Shown here in pieces: positions 26,501 through 39,151 of a DNA stretch of 64,000 nucleotides. The DNA comes from Balanoglossus misakiensis. Lineage: Eukaryota; Animalia; Hemichordata. Numbering within the stretch: position 1 is the first letter of the stretch; every line of letters begins with the position of its first letter. The stretch lies in NCBI GenBank assembly GCA_040954595.2, contig CM082593.2, positions 3,985,434-4,049,433 of the forward strand, written 5' to 3'. The notes beneath the pieces are model-generated. The model did not search any database. It was not told the DNA's origin and saw only the letters and a program-made list of their open reading frames with translations. The position numbers were made by a program, and so were the translations under genes.

Positions 26501-28154
26501 TAACATTTATCTCCTAGCCATGGTTTATTGATCTGGAAGTCATTTTAACACGTATAGAATAGTTGATAAAAGACAGACAGAGGGATTGATGTTTGAACTA
26601 TTGGTGTATTTACCTATCGGTCGCCGTGACGTCAGCATTAAGATAATCTCAATGTCGCGTGATTGTATGCTGTCAGCGAGAGAACCCGACATGCAGTTTT
26701 ATTGGATCTGGTTTCCAAGCAGTGTTTACATGATTAGATGGACATTATAACCATCGATCTTCGGTTTGGCATCTAATATGTTAAATAAATATAGGTTACA
26801 TTTCAAAATGCAAATACAGAAAATCAATACCACTCCGTGAGTGTATAGCTTCCTGCACGTGCGTAAATGCACCTATCGTTTTGGATATTCTTGTTTCTCC
26901 CACTGTATGCATTGTGGTATAACCCAAACCTCATGCATCAAAGGTATACCTTCCTTACACTACCACGACTGTCCTTTACGTTATAACCCACTTATGTAGA
27001 TAGTTGTGGCTTTACTAGTCAGTTTTCTAAACGTCCTCGTAAATTGACCATGTCCATTTGACGACATAACAATTCCATTTCTGTGCAAGAGGATTGTCGG
27101 AATATGAAACGCTCCATCGATTCGTGGAGGTGGAAGTAGCTATCTCTATGATCGATTGTAGTCACGTCGCTTACCCAAAGTGTACCTTCATTGCTCCATT
27201 TACAAGCGGCAAGAAGGCAACCATAATGCTTAGGCGAGACTGTTTTACCAAAACCCAACTCGGCAAGCATTCTTTCCCCGCACGCCTCTTTAGAAGTTAC
27301 TTTGGTTTCTCCAACTGCATTTGTGTGTGAGGCCGAGTTATTTCCCTGACTGAGTGTTTTGCTTCGTGATCATCTATAGTCACTCCATAAAAAAGAACAA
27401 CACAGGACTACCGGCGTTTTCGCGGTTCATCGTTTTGACACCTTGCGACAAAAGAATGTAACTAGAGAACGCGTCGTGAGCGAAGGCCTGTAAATTTTCA
27501 CAGCCACTTGTTGAAGAGACGTCTCTAAAAACCATTCAAATGGTCCCCAGTGGCGTTTTTTTCAAAAGAGAGGTACTTCCGATTACCTAGAGTACATGGT
27601 AAGAATTCTAGGAACTCACTGAATATTGGTGAATCGATATGAAAACACTTCAAGGCATTTTAAAATCAAAGTCATCGATCTACAATATGTATTTCAGAAT
27701 CCTGATGATGTATAGTTTATCATATACTACCTATATGATTAAGTAGAGGACTAGATACAAATATTTCCTGGTACTCATGTTGATGTGCTGGTAACATCTA
27801 CACTCAGTTCGACAACACACTGAGATTAGCTAACCATAGTCAAGCTCTTCTCTATTAGTTTTAGGAGGCAAGTATTTTGTGAGCTAAATTGCTAAATGCT
27901 TTCAAGGTGATAGTAATGCAGAATGAGAACGGCATGAATGTTTCGTTTTCAGACACATCATTTATTTTAAGCATCTTCTATTGCGCCAGTGGATTTTGTC
28001 TCACACGGCAGTAATTGTCTCCAGTATGAGTGATTGAACACTCCGACAGTGGAGGACTGAAAAACACGGCAATGAATACTTTGATATCTTGGGCCGCTAA
28101 TGGCAACAGATGGTACTCAGCAAACAGGCGATTGTAGGCGCTTAACAACAACAG

Positions 28155-28167
28155 GTTGCCTAGCAAC
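28155..28167. promoter_or_regulatory. RFX X-box GTTGCCTAGCAAC, about 4.6 kb upstream of the RET ATG
   Basis: Matches the palindromic RFX consensus; function not shown. Confidence 0.4.
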
Positions 28168-31100
28168 TGTAGGTGTTGAAAGAGCACAAGGCCACACCAT
28201 AAATATTGCACTCCACTCAAGTCGCCGGCACGAACTGCAAATCAGTGTTTGTAAGACTTAAAGAGGGCTTACTGCTGCAATCCTTGCATTGCGTTCAACG
28301 AAAATGAAAATGGAACCATCACGTTAAGATGCTGTTGTGCGACAGGTGAACGATACATCAGTTGTTAATCGCGACGCCAAACTCACTGCACAGTAACTAA
28401 TAGAAACGAAAAAAATGTTTAACTGTTAAATTAATAGGAAAATGGCCTATTTCAGGGTATATTGTTTATTTGAAAGGACAGGAAGCTATTCGTGATCACT
28501 TTAAGCCTATCAGTTTCAATATAGACTTGACATTACTTGCGTGAATGCAATATTGTTTATCTATTGTAACCCTGGCGCTTTATTAGATTCACTTGTGTTA
28601 ATATCATTAGTTAATATGTGGGGCAAATGATGCCGGATTTAATTCACAAAAGTTGCCGACAGTTCAACGCCAGGAAACTCTTCAGAAATCGATGCGGTCC
28701 CTGACAACCTTTATTATACATCAATGTTTAGTCTTCACATTGGAACTGTTTTCCCCTACAGATGGTGCGTTCTATTTTGCGTGGGCGCTTTCGTCGCATA
28801 TGACGAGCAATCAACAAATCATTTTGTCTTTTCAACTACAAGCTCTTCTGCATGCAGAAATTAGTAAGTAGGACAAGAAACACCTCAATCAATTGACGTC
28901 ACAATTGTCATCAAACCACGGGTCATCACATTTTAGAACGTTCATAAAGTATAATTTGTCACATGAAAATTGTCAAAATAACACAACACGGTGCAATAAT
29001 GATTATGCGTTTTCTGAAGGAAGTCGTGAAAATGGCGACGATGACAGTTGATAATATTCACGTATTGGTTATGTAAATATTTGTAACCGTGTGGTGTAAA
29101 TTGGTATGGGTTTTATGTAAGTAACACGGAAAGCAATAAAACTTGAACTTTGCGAGGAAAGGTTCGCACATCCATTCCTCCTTTGCCGAATAGTTAGCCT
29201 GGGTCATTACCTAGATTGGAACTGACATGTACTTTACGGGGAATGATTCAACTCACTAAACAATGCATGAATAGATGCGTTCGACTCCGCTATGTTTGGA
29301 TTTTGAAAAGATAATAATCTCCATGCATTAAAAATGATGATATACGACCAGTTATAATTCTATAGCCTGAAAAAAAATGTCTTGCTTAGTTTCTTGCCTT
29401 CCCATTTTTTGACGTCACTTTCTTTACATGAGCTACATATATCTCGCATACACGTTCCTGTGGCTGGCTGGCCCGCTGTGAGGTAGTTTATGCAGAGAGA
29501 CAGTAGCGGACAAGACCTCATTCAGATGAAGGGATAATGACGTCCTTGAATAAACGTTTGAGGACTGAATACAATAAGTAGATATGACTTGCAATGGTGC
29601 CTGTGACGGTAAAGCTACACTTCATTTCTAAACAATCCATTTATAAATCTCTTGTTAATGTAATGGTTTCGCAAGACGTCAGTGATTGCAGAAAAAAAGT
29701 GTGCCCTTTGCAAATAAGTAGACGAGGATGCATTGTCAGACCATTCCTTTCAGTCTCAAGGTAGTTTGTGCCTCGAAAATCGAAGCCTTATACTTTTTCT
29801 CATGGCGAAGTCGTGACCGTATACCTTAATCCAATTGTCTTATTATAAAATGTCCTCATGTTCCCAAATCACGTTTGATATCACCTCGATAAAAGGAAAT
29901 ATTAACAGGTCACCGGATATCTGCAAGTTATAGGTGACCACTCGCCCCTTTGCGGTGAGTTTTATGTAATTTGGGTCGTCATGCTCGGTGAATAAAGATA
30001 TCAAGATTACAGTGTGTTCCCAAGGTAGATGGTTCGCCAGGGGCAATGGGGATTTCAGTATCTTCCAAACACCTCCAAAGGTCACGCCTGTGATTGTTAA
30101 TTGGCTTTCCAGCGATAGGGTCAGATAAGATTTCCACTGATCAATCACTGACATGGCTGACATTTGGCTCAGGGTCAAGGGCAAGCTCGGTCCTCCGGGA
30201 TTGTCCATGTAGACAAAGTGTCCCATTCAATCATTACATATCGATTCCTTGGACGCGATAAATGACTTAAATAAATGGGCCATGAATGCCCTACTATGTC
30301 GTTTTGATATAGAGTTGAGCTGCGCAAATACGACAGCGACACTTAGGGTCGTCATCACGATTTTCAGTTGGTGGCAAATGTAGCGAATGTAATGATTACA
30401 AAGTTATATTTGGACGTCGTTGGCATTGCCATATGTAACCAATTTACCTTGGTGTTGTTGACAGTTTTACAGAACATGTTTTTGTGCCAAGGCATAGCTT
30501 TTTACTCAGCTGAACTTAACAGAGGTCATTTGTTTGCCAAGACTGTCAACACTTCTCGCCGCAGGTAATGTAATATCTTGGTGCAACTACACTGAAAAGG
30601 ATACCTTTTTACACGCTAAAAACTTAATTGGCGTAGAAAATGAACAGACTATTTGATATGTGCTGTTTACGACAACAAACTGTAAAACCTACGCGTGAGT
30701 TTCCTTCAATATCCATTGATGTATCTCCCTTCTGTTCGTTCAAAACAGACATCTATAGGCCTATAGGCCTACTCACCGGTGAAAAGGCATTAAAATAGTC
30801 CCTGTTGAAAGCGTGTTAAAATAGCGAGTTCGAGTCGTTTTATATCTCCTGGATTTTCGTGAATTATACTATAAAAATACAATCATGTATCACAAGTATC
30901 ATCGGGTTTCTTAAGCCGATTTCACGTGGCCATTTAACAATTGGTGTATGCAAATAAGGAAACGAGTGGAACTACATTTGTGTTTGTAAACATTGAACGC
31001 CGGCCACGCGCTAAGCACGCTGAATCTGAGCATTGCAATTAGCTGAACGAGGGGAATGTTTCAACATTTGGCACGTCATTTTATTATCCTTCCTATCTAC

Positions 31101-34100
31101 ATCGTCAGAATAACAAAACATTTAGTTGTCAGTATGCTTTGGGAACCTCAAAATGTACGAAACTCTTTCGCTATCGCCAGTGTTCTCGAATATTGCCGAT
31201 GCGATCTCGGGACCTGACCGGAACCACTGATAAACTGACCCCAGCATGACCCTGCTTTGCATATCAAAGGTTGTGTAACTTTGCCCAATGCATGCCGCAT
31301 CACTGTACTGAAAATCAAAACGCCACGATCGAAACTTTAATTGTCGTCAAATCTGAGCAAACATATGCTCAGATAATGCTTTGAAAATGAACGGAGTTCA
31401 TTTTCAAAGACTTCCTTTATCTTAGGAGGCTGCTCTTACCCATTCTCGTCAGAAACTCGCGAATTCCACTCAAATAACATATGCAAACGACATACCGTGT
31501 CTTCCTATGCACCTGCCGGCTATACGTTGCAATTCACTTGTAAACAAGCGACGTGGAGGTCCATTTGTTACTTGTAATGCACCATCGATTATTAAGAAGG
31601 ATGCAATTTTACTCTCTATTACTTTGTCAATTGTCTTCAAATGCACGGATATTTTCTGTATTTCAACTGGGGTTTTCTGGGCTCTGCTTAGATCCAGCAC
31701 GAAGTTCCTTCGCTACCCAGGTTTCGAACTGTAATATGACTTCAAACTTCCAATGACACTAATTTGCGGTACGTAATTGAATTGTATTTATAGGTCATCC
31801 AAATCGTAGGACTGCAGTAATAGCCCGCGGGTTTGAAATGTTTTCTTCTCTAAAGGGTTTCATTAAAAGCATTGCTTTAACCTTTCGACGAGATTACGGC
31901 TAGTGCAATGTACGGTTTGCGGTAAAACTTTCAAAGTGGTTTGCAATGTTTTCTTTTTCTTAAACGAGAGCTCTTTGACTCTGTAGTTCCCTTGTTGGAC
32001 TTCGATTAGTCGCTTGTCTATCAACTCACTCACTTACTCATGCCCTCATACACTCACCCATTCACTCACTCACTTGCTGGCCAGTTGACCCATTTCTCGA
32101 TGAACATTCGCGCAGCAAAACTGGATGGATTAGAATACTTTAACGTGTTTTTGTTTAATCATTACCAACATCACATAATTCAACGACGCTAAAATTCAAA
32201 TTATTCCATTAAGATATGATCAGGGTGGAAAATGTGTCCATACCTTACACACTGATATTTTACGAAAGAATGATACGTCATGAAAAGAGATTTAAAGCAG
32301 TCCATTTTATTTCTTGACATTTACAAGGTCATACGTCAAATGCACTTCTGTGAAATGAACACGTTGATTTACACATGTCAGCGTGACATCTACCGTACCG
32401 CCTTAAGGATGTGATATCGCGCCGAATGTTAGCCGCAGATCAGTGCATGTCACTCACAGACGATTCAATAGTTTTGTATCTGACGCAGTGAATCCCCGAG
32501 GTGACCATAATTTTTTTCTATCGACCCGCTTTCAATGAAGTGACGGCATACCTCCTCGATGATTAATGTCGCTTGATTCATACTCTCGCCTCAATCATGT
32601 TCACCTACATACGGTTACGGGGAAACTCACACGGAAGTAACAAGCCCTATGTACGTGCCGTGGACATCGTTAACAGTAATGGCTTATCCTTGGAGTTGTG
32701 GCCGTTTGATTTCTTCGATCACGTTAAACACATCGCCGAGCAACTTCACATGATAACCTTCGTTTCAGTGTGATATAAAACGCAAAATAAAACATTCAAT
32801 GCACGAAATAATTGCATTTTATTACAATTTCTGCTGTGGCACAATTGTCAGGGTGCAGCAGCACGGTTATAGATAAGGCCGTTGTGAATAAGGCCTACAG
32901 ATGTATTCCAGTCAATCCCAAACTCAGTTCGTAATCCCTTTTCATCTTAAAGTTGCCTTCAGTACATTCTATAATCTTGACGTCAACTTGCAGTTGTACA
33001 ACCATGTACGTAGCCAAACGCAATATATAAAACTTATCTATGTCCAGCTGTACCATTATCAGTTGAGACGACAGCCTGCGTGAAGTTGAAATCGGATCAG
33101 AAGTTAACATTTACGTGACTGAATAATGTATAGCAAATGTACGTGCACTCGGTTTACATGTACAGTGTACAGACGATGGGTATTTGGGTCAGATGGGATA
33201 TTACCTTAGGTGCAAGTTCTCATCAAAACTTAAAACATGTCTTCTGTTTGACTACACGTAATCTGTTCAATAATAGAAATGGTAACTATTTCGGCGAAAC
33301 AGATATTTTTCTATATGCAGTAGGTGGAAATTTCTACTTCAGACATTATAATTACTCGTATATCTGCTGGCAGGCTTGGTTGCACGATATGCCTTTCTAG
33401 AAATGTCAATGTCTCAAGAATGATCACGTTGCCATGGTGATCCACGTTAAGCAGTGGAGAACTTTCACTTGTTCTTGTATGAGGCAAGCTTGTCTGGCGG
33501 TCCATGAAACCTTTCAATCACGTTTAGTCAGTCTGTGAAACGCTTTTCCCTACAGCCCAAACCGCGTCTCCCTTTCACAACTACTATCAAATCAAATTGA
33601 TCACTGGCGATAGCTTCAAGAAGGCAGACGTTTCGTGAAAGAAATGAACATTCGATCAATTATGCACATTTTGCAATTCAAGCTTTTTAGACTAGATTCT
33701 GAGAAGTATTTTCCACTTAGCCGTATTCAACACTCTCAGTTCGTCACGCATCTTTTGGCAGACAAGTAATAGGTGTCCAGCAAATACATACTACATACAA
33801 ACTAGTTTTTTTTGCGTATAGTCGCGTGTGTAAATGGAACTTTTGACGCCTACTGTCTCGTATATCAGTGATAAGTAATGCAGCTCCACATCTCAAAAAT
33901 AATGCGGCATATTTTAAATACATGTGATAGTCACGGCAGGATGGCGAGTCCAGACACAACATTTCGACGCCCTTGTGTAGTGTGGCTTCCAGGATCAGTG
34001 TATAGACATTGTTTCCGATAAAAGAATATTTCACATATTTTGACATTGTCGTTGTTTTTACGTTGGAAGCAAAGTAAAGGTCCATGAAACATTCATAATT

Positions 34101-35296
34101 TGCCGGAGGTGATATGTATTCGATGGAGGTGTCTGTAATACTTAGAAACAGCGCTAATGATGCCAGAAACAATCTGTATGATGTTCGAGTCTTCGGCAAG
34201 GTAATTGTCACACCTCCGTAACTGACATGAAGTCATCCACACGTGGATATATATGATGAATTGGTATATGACAGCGGACTTTGTATTTCGCCAAGAAAAG
34301 AATTTTGAACTTCTCGGGGAGTTTGGGGAAATTCAAACGGAATTGTACGTGGACTTAATATACCCTCGTTCCGGCCAAAAGCAGAGATGTGACAAGTGAT
34401 GCATGCATACACAGGTGTGATAAAAGGCTTCTCGTGGCTTCAAATGCGCCGCACGTTTTAAAGATGGCAATTATTCGGATCACGAAGCCCATCTTGTGGC
34501 GATCAAGTGGTTATGTTACCAGCGCGCACTTCGCAGCATCTGACGTCACGTTGTTCTCGCTGCGCAGTACTTGATTGATATCACCCGACTGAAAAATTCT
34601 GCATTCGCCACACTGCTAACTTCCTGTCAGCTTTGTGCCAGTTGGTTTAACACCTGTAGATCTAGTATCAGAGGCCAATTTCAGCGTCTAAAACGTTTCC
34701 TCTTCCTACAAATGGTCGTTCGAATTTGTATTCTGTATAGGTTGGTAGATGGTGAATGACGTGGGGGAAATGAGAGAGTATTACAGGCAGCGTCACCACC
34801 GCTTTCTCGCCGCGAGGATAGGTATCGTGATTGAGTTCTCTTTCAACGACTTCCTTCAAAAGCGAAAGCTTCTTTATGCCGTGCAGAATACCCGGCGGGT
34901 CCGGTAGTGTCGACTCCCCTTGCCCACGTGGAAACATGCATAGTTGGCCCACGTGCTTGGCCCACGTGTTTGACATTTGCCAAACGATGTCTTGGGTTGG
35001 CGTGTTTTAGTCTGCGTGTGTAGGCAGGTGTTGCTTTTACTGATTTCTGTCGGAAAGTTTTTGAGGTATTTCCGCTCAGATTATTACTGGGACAGAAATG
35101 TAGAGACTGAGGTTCCAATTAACACAAATTGGCCATTGTCAAGATACATTTAAGATGGGACTCGTCAGAATTCAAAAGGAGCTTCACAAATAGCAATAAT
35201 CAAATGGCTATACAATTTTAACTTTGATTAGAAATGTCATCTCTTCAGCCTAACATTGGTTTGGTAGTATTCCTTTAAGCCAAATTACATCTTTGC

Positions 35297-35321
35297 AGAG
35301 AGAGAGAGAGAGAGAGCGAGA
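35297..35321. repeat. (GA)n microsatellite
   Basis: Visible dinucleotide run. Confidence 0.9.
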
Positions 35322-36368
35322 GCTCACCCTCTCCTTTGTTTACATTATAGGAAGCTGTTAAGGTATTTTCAAATGTGGCAGAGGTGAAGGTAGCTTGTCG
35401 GCTTGTTTGTGACTTAACCCAGGCCAATGTTATTGATGTTCAGACTGCTGCAATGCTATTTCACTCAACAAAAATACAGAACATAATCCCAATTGCACGG
35501 CACTTTGGCCCTTCATTCACAATAAAACACCATTAACTCTCGATCCGCCCGCTGGCTGAATTTTTTCTGCTTTCTAAATTTACGAGGCCTCGGGGCTCGT
35601 TTATACCCACATATTTGCACTATCGATTATCTTAATGTAGTCTTATTTTCCTCCAGCGTTCTTCAGAGACATCCGAACATCGATGTGAGCTCCGCCGAGT
35701 GTCTCCTCTGAGATCTGACGGTTCCTGTTTTCGTTTTGCCTCCAAAAACTGTCCGTGACTTATCATCAATCTAATAAGAGATACGTTATCGCATGTCAAG
35801 TCAAATTCACGTGTGGGTACTTCAACGGGAATAACTATATCAATCTGCTCCGCCATATAAAGTGCGTTGCACTGATAACGTAATTCTACGCCGGTAATGA
35901 AAGTGATACACACGGGAATCTGAGCAGCTGTAAGTGACACCTCTATTAACCATTATAAACCCGTCTTTTTGAATATTGGGAAGTGATATACAGCCCACAA
36001 TGAAATTCTGACGAGGAAAATAAAATCTAGGTAACCTTGGACCAGACATTTGCCACCTCAGACAAACAATTCTGAGAATTATCAGTTCTGCGAATACAAT
36101 AAAGGTTAAGTAAACGTAAACCTGTGCTTGGAGTCAGCATGTCAAGGAAAATCTCAACCGATCGGTGAGGGCGGTAGCTGCCTTACTTGCTAAAGTTCCC
36201 AACAGTCGATACCAAGAATCTTAACTACTGTAATGCTACACCTTGATATACGTGTATATTATATATACATGTAGCTGTTCAATGTCAGTCAATATGTCGG
36301 TACAATTTTACTGTATCGGTCCATAAAATAGGTGAATACTCACACTTTGTTAGATACAAACATTGTTC

Positions 36369-36374
36369 TTTATT
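36369..36374 (-). terminator. Candidate polyadenylation signal of the GST gene
   Basis: AATAAA on the minus strand about 350 nt after the stop codon. Confidence 0.55.
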
Positions 36375-36727
36375 TCATGTTTACTCAAAAAGAAGCACAT
36401 AGTTGACAAAAGTTACAACCACTGGCAGCCAGAATCCTTGGCCTTATGCGCAAATCTTGTACATGTATGATCAATAATGAGATTAAACAATGAAATAAAC
36501 TGCGATATAAAATAACCATAATACTAAAGTACGGAGTATGTATTTAACACAAATGACAATCTTGGAATGTGTTCAATGTATCATTTTCTTACGGTATGTC
36601 CGTCTGTATTTCACCATTACAAATTTAGTCCACACAGTTCTCGCAAATCCACGCGTTAAAGTCGAATGTAATATAGTTGAATAGCATTATGGACTAAGTT
36701 TTCTAGTTGTCATGCTTTACGCACGGT

Positions 36728-39083
36728 TTATTGCATACACGCAGCGATCTTCGGCATGGCCTTCAGTCTTTCGACCAGTGCAGTCAACTTTGGGAAGTCT
36801 TTCAAAACCTCGGGGTCCACTTTCTTCCAGCGTTCAGATATGGACAAGAATGTCGTGTCCGCATAGGTGATCTAAAATACAATGATTATAGGTTACGAGC
36901 GAATAAAGTTGAAGATATTTATTTCCTTCATGCTAGGTTGATGTTATCTTGTCAAGTTATCAATATCTTCATATTAAACGCACTCACCCCATCGCCGACA
37001 AAGAAACCATCGCCACCATTGTTGTTCACAAGCATATTTTCAAGGTTCTTACAAGCTCTAGGAAAGTGGTTCTTGGCTATGTCATCCGCAACTGCTTTCT
37101 ATAAGAGGAAAGGACACCATGTTTCAATACTTAAGTACAGAGTACAACCAACACGACAAAACACAACACAAGGCCGTGTAGTGTGGTACGATACGATGTC
37201 AATGCAATATAATAAAATATGTTGGGATTAAAGTATGAAATTTACGTACGTTAAAACTCTGACTTAAATGCAAATTTACCTTCTTTTCTGCGTCTTTTTC
37301 ATGGGCCCATATTTTGACCTTTTCCACTACGTCATAGATGCTGTCGACCAGTGAATCCGCGATTGCTTGATCAAAAAGGTCCTTACCAGCAAGGCCTACA
37401 AAACAAAGAATCTGTTCATAAAGATCTTTTTTTAAAGAAAAACAGTCGATAATGTTTTGATTTCTGCCTAAAATTGTACTAGAACGTCTGCATGTCATAG
37501 TTGTCTTACCACAGTTACCTTGTTGATTATTAATAATATCGGATAGCATTTTGCTAACTCATGCCGTGAGGGTCAAGGTACAACTACCTTGATAAGTAGC
37601 GTCTTTAAATAGTAATGATTACGGTGATATTTATTTTTTAATATCTAATGACAAAATGGCGTTGTCGGTCAAAGTACTGAGAAGATACACGCGTAAAACG
37701 ATAAATAGCGCTTGTCCTAAAAACCTCACTTCAGGGGAATGACCCCGTGGAGATGGACAATCCAAGCATTGATGACGTGCCCAGCCTGTCAATGAATGTT
37801 CAGCACGACAGCTTTGGTCTATAGACCTTCATTGTTCCACTGCTTAGTCGGTACCAAGGGTCGCGTGGGAATGACCGGTTAGCAACGCGATGCCTCTGAG
37901 CATTGCCCTTAGGTTTGCGGTCGCCTTCATACGGACGTCATTGCAAAAATTCGACCATCTTTTTGCGATAGCGTGCTAATCTGTGTCATTGGCGTCGGCG
38001 CCAATCTGGAGAAGATTACCGATAAAGGTCCAAAGGGTGATAATTTTCACCCGCGACCAAATGGGTGTGCCTGCATGTTACCAAGTAAATACTTCTGGTG
38101 TGATGCATCGGAACTTTACTGCAGACCTCTGCATGAAAGCTTACTATTGCATGTTCAATTACTAACATGACTTTGAATCTTAAGATTTTATGACGGTCAG
38201 CATAGGTATTAATGGTCCAGTGTGCACTATGTTATAACTTTAATACTTACCATTTTCCTTAGCGATGTACCTGGCGATAGCTCTGCTTTGAGCAATAGTC
38301 TTTCCATCGAATTCTAAAATTGGCATCTCTTGGAAGGGAAACCCTGGAACGCAATGTAAGACGGACGATGTATCACGTGGCGAAAATGATTTAGCCTTAA
38401 TCAGTATATAGCGGAAATCTGTTTACCATATTAGGCGATAGAATCACCAAGGCAATTCCTTGTAAACAGGTACAGTCCGTCCATGCAGTCTACCAAACTC
38501 AATATTTACATAATGGCTTATGCGCACCTTTTCCACGGACTTCTTTCATTTCATTTCATTTCATTTCATTTCATAGCGCACAGGCCCACTCACCACTTCA
38601 AAATCAGCCGAAACTACACACACTGTGCATAAAATGATTGGTGTACATTTCTTTGTGCAGGTACTTAAATTAAACATGTCCGCTTTAGAAATGCGTGGCA
38701 AATACGTCCATTGTGCAGCGTACTTCACGAGACAGGGTCACCTCGAAACTAGCGCACGCATTGTCGATTGCCATGTTCACTGTGTGGGGCCTTTTTTCCC
38801 TTTTCCGCAAGCGAGGATACTCTATCGGATCAGAAATTAACTGCACGATTCTCGTCAAGTTTGTATGTCAAGGTCGATGTGCGCTTAATGGTCAGCACGT
38901 AATGGCACACCTGGGCGGGGCGCAAATGTGATTATACTCACTTCCAGAATTCTTCTGTTTCTTCCATTCCTCTGGAGGTACTCGTTCGATATCGCACTCG
39001 ATATCAGACAAAGCGAAGACCAGTTTGCATGCGCCGACCAGGCCGCATACCTGTGGACAGACAAGCTTGTATCTTGCAGGCAT
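36728..39083 (-). CDS. Glutathione S-transferase, sigma-class-like, 5 exons, 201 aa, atypical active site
   Basis: Exons 38942-39083, 38251-38343, 37280-37395, 36988-37098, 36728-36871 (606 nt, GT-AG, in frame). Motifs [59 protein letters not shown], FPKL...PKIA. Confidence 0.92.
38542..38573. repeat. (TTTCA)n pentanucleotide repeat
   Basis: Tandem run in GST intron 1. Confidence 0.9.
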
Positions 39084-39114
39084 CGTGTGTGGGTTTTTTC
39101 GGCTATGTGGGTTG

Positions 39115-39151
39115 ACTGAGGCCGTTGACTGCGGAATACGCTGTATTTATA
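39115..39151 (-). promoter_or_regulatory. GST core promoter: TATA box and initiator
   Basis: TATAAA at 39151-39146 and TCAGT at 39119-39115, canonical spacing, about 35 nt before the ATG. Confidence 0.7.

Noticed and set aside
33744-34211. 155-aa intergenic ORF
   Set aside because: Non-ATG start, no recognisable motif and no supporting splice structure.
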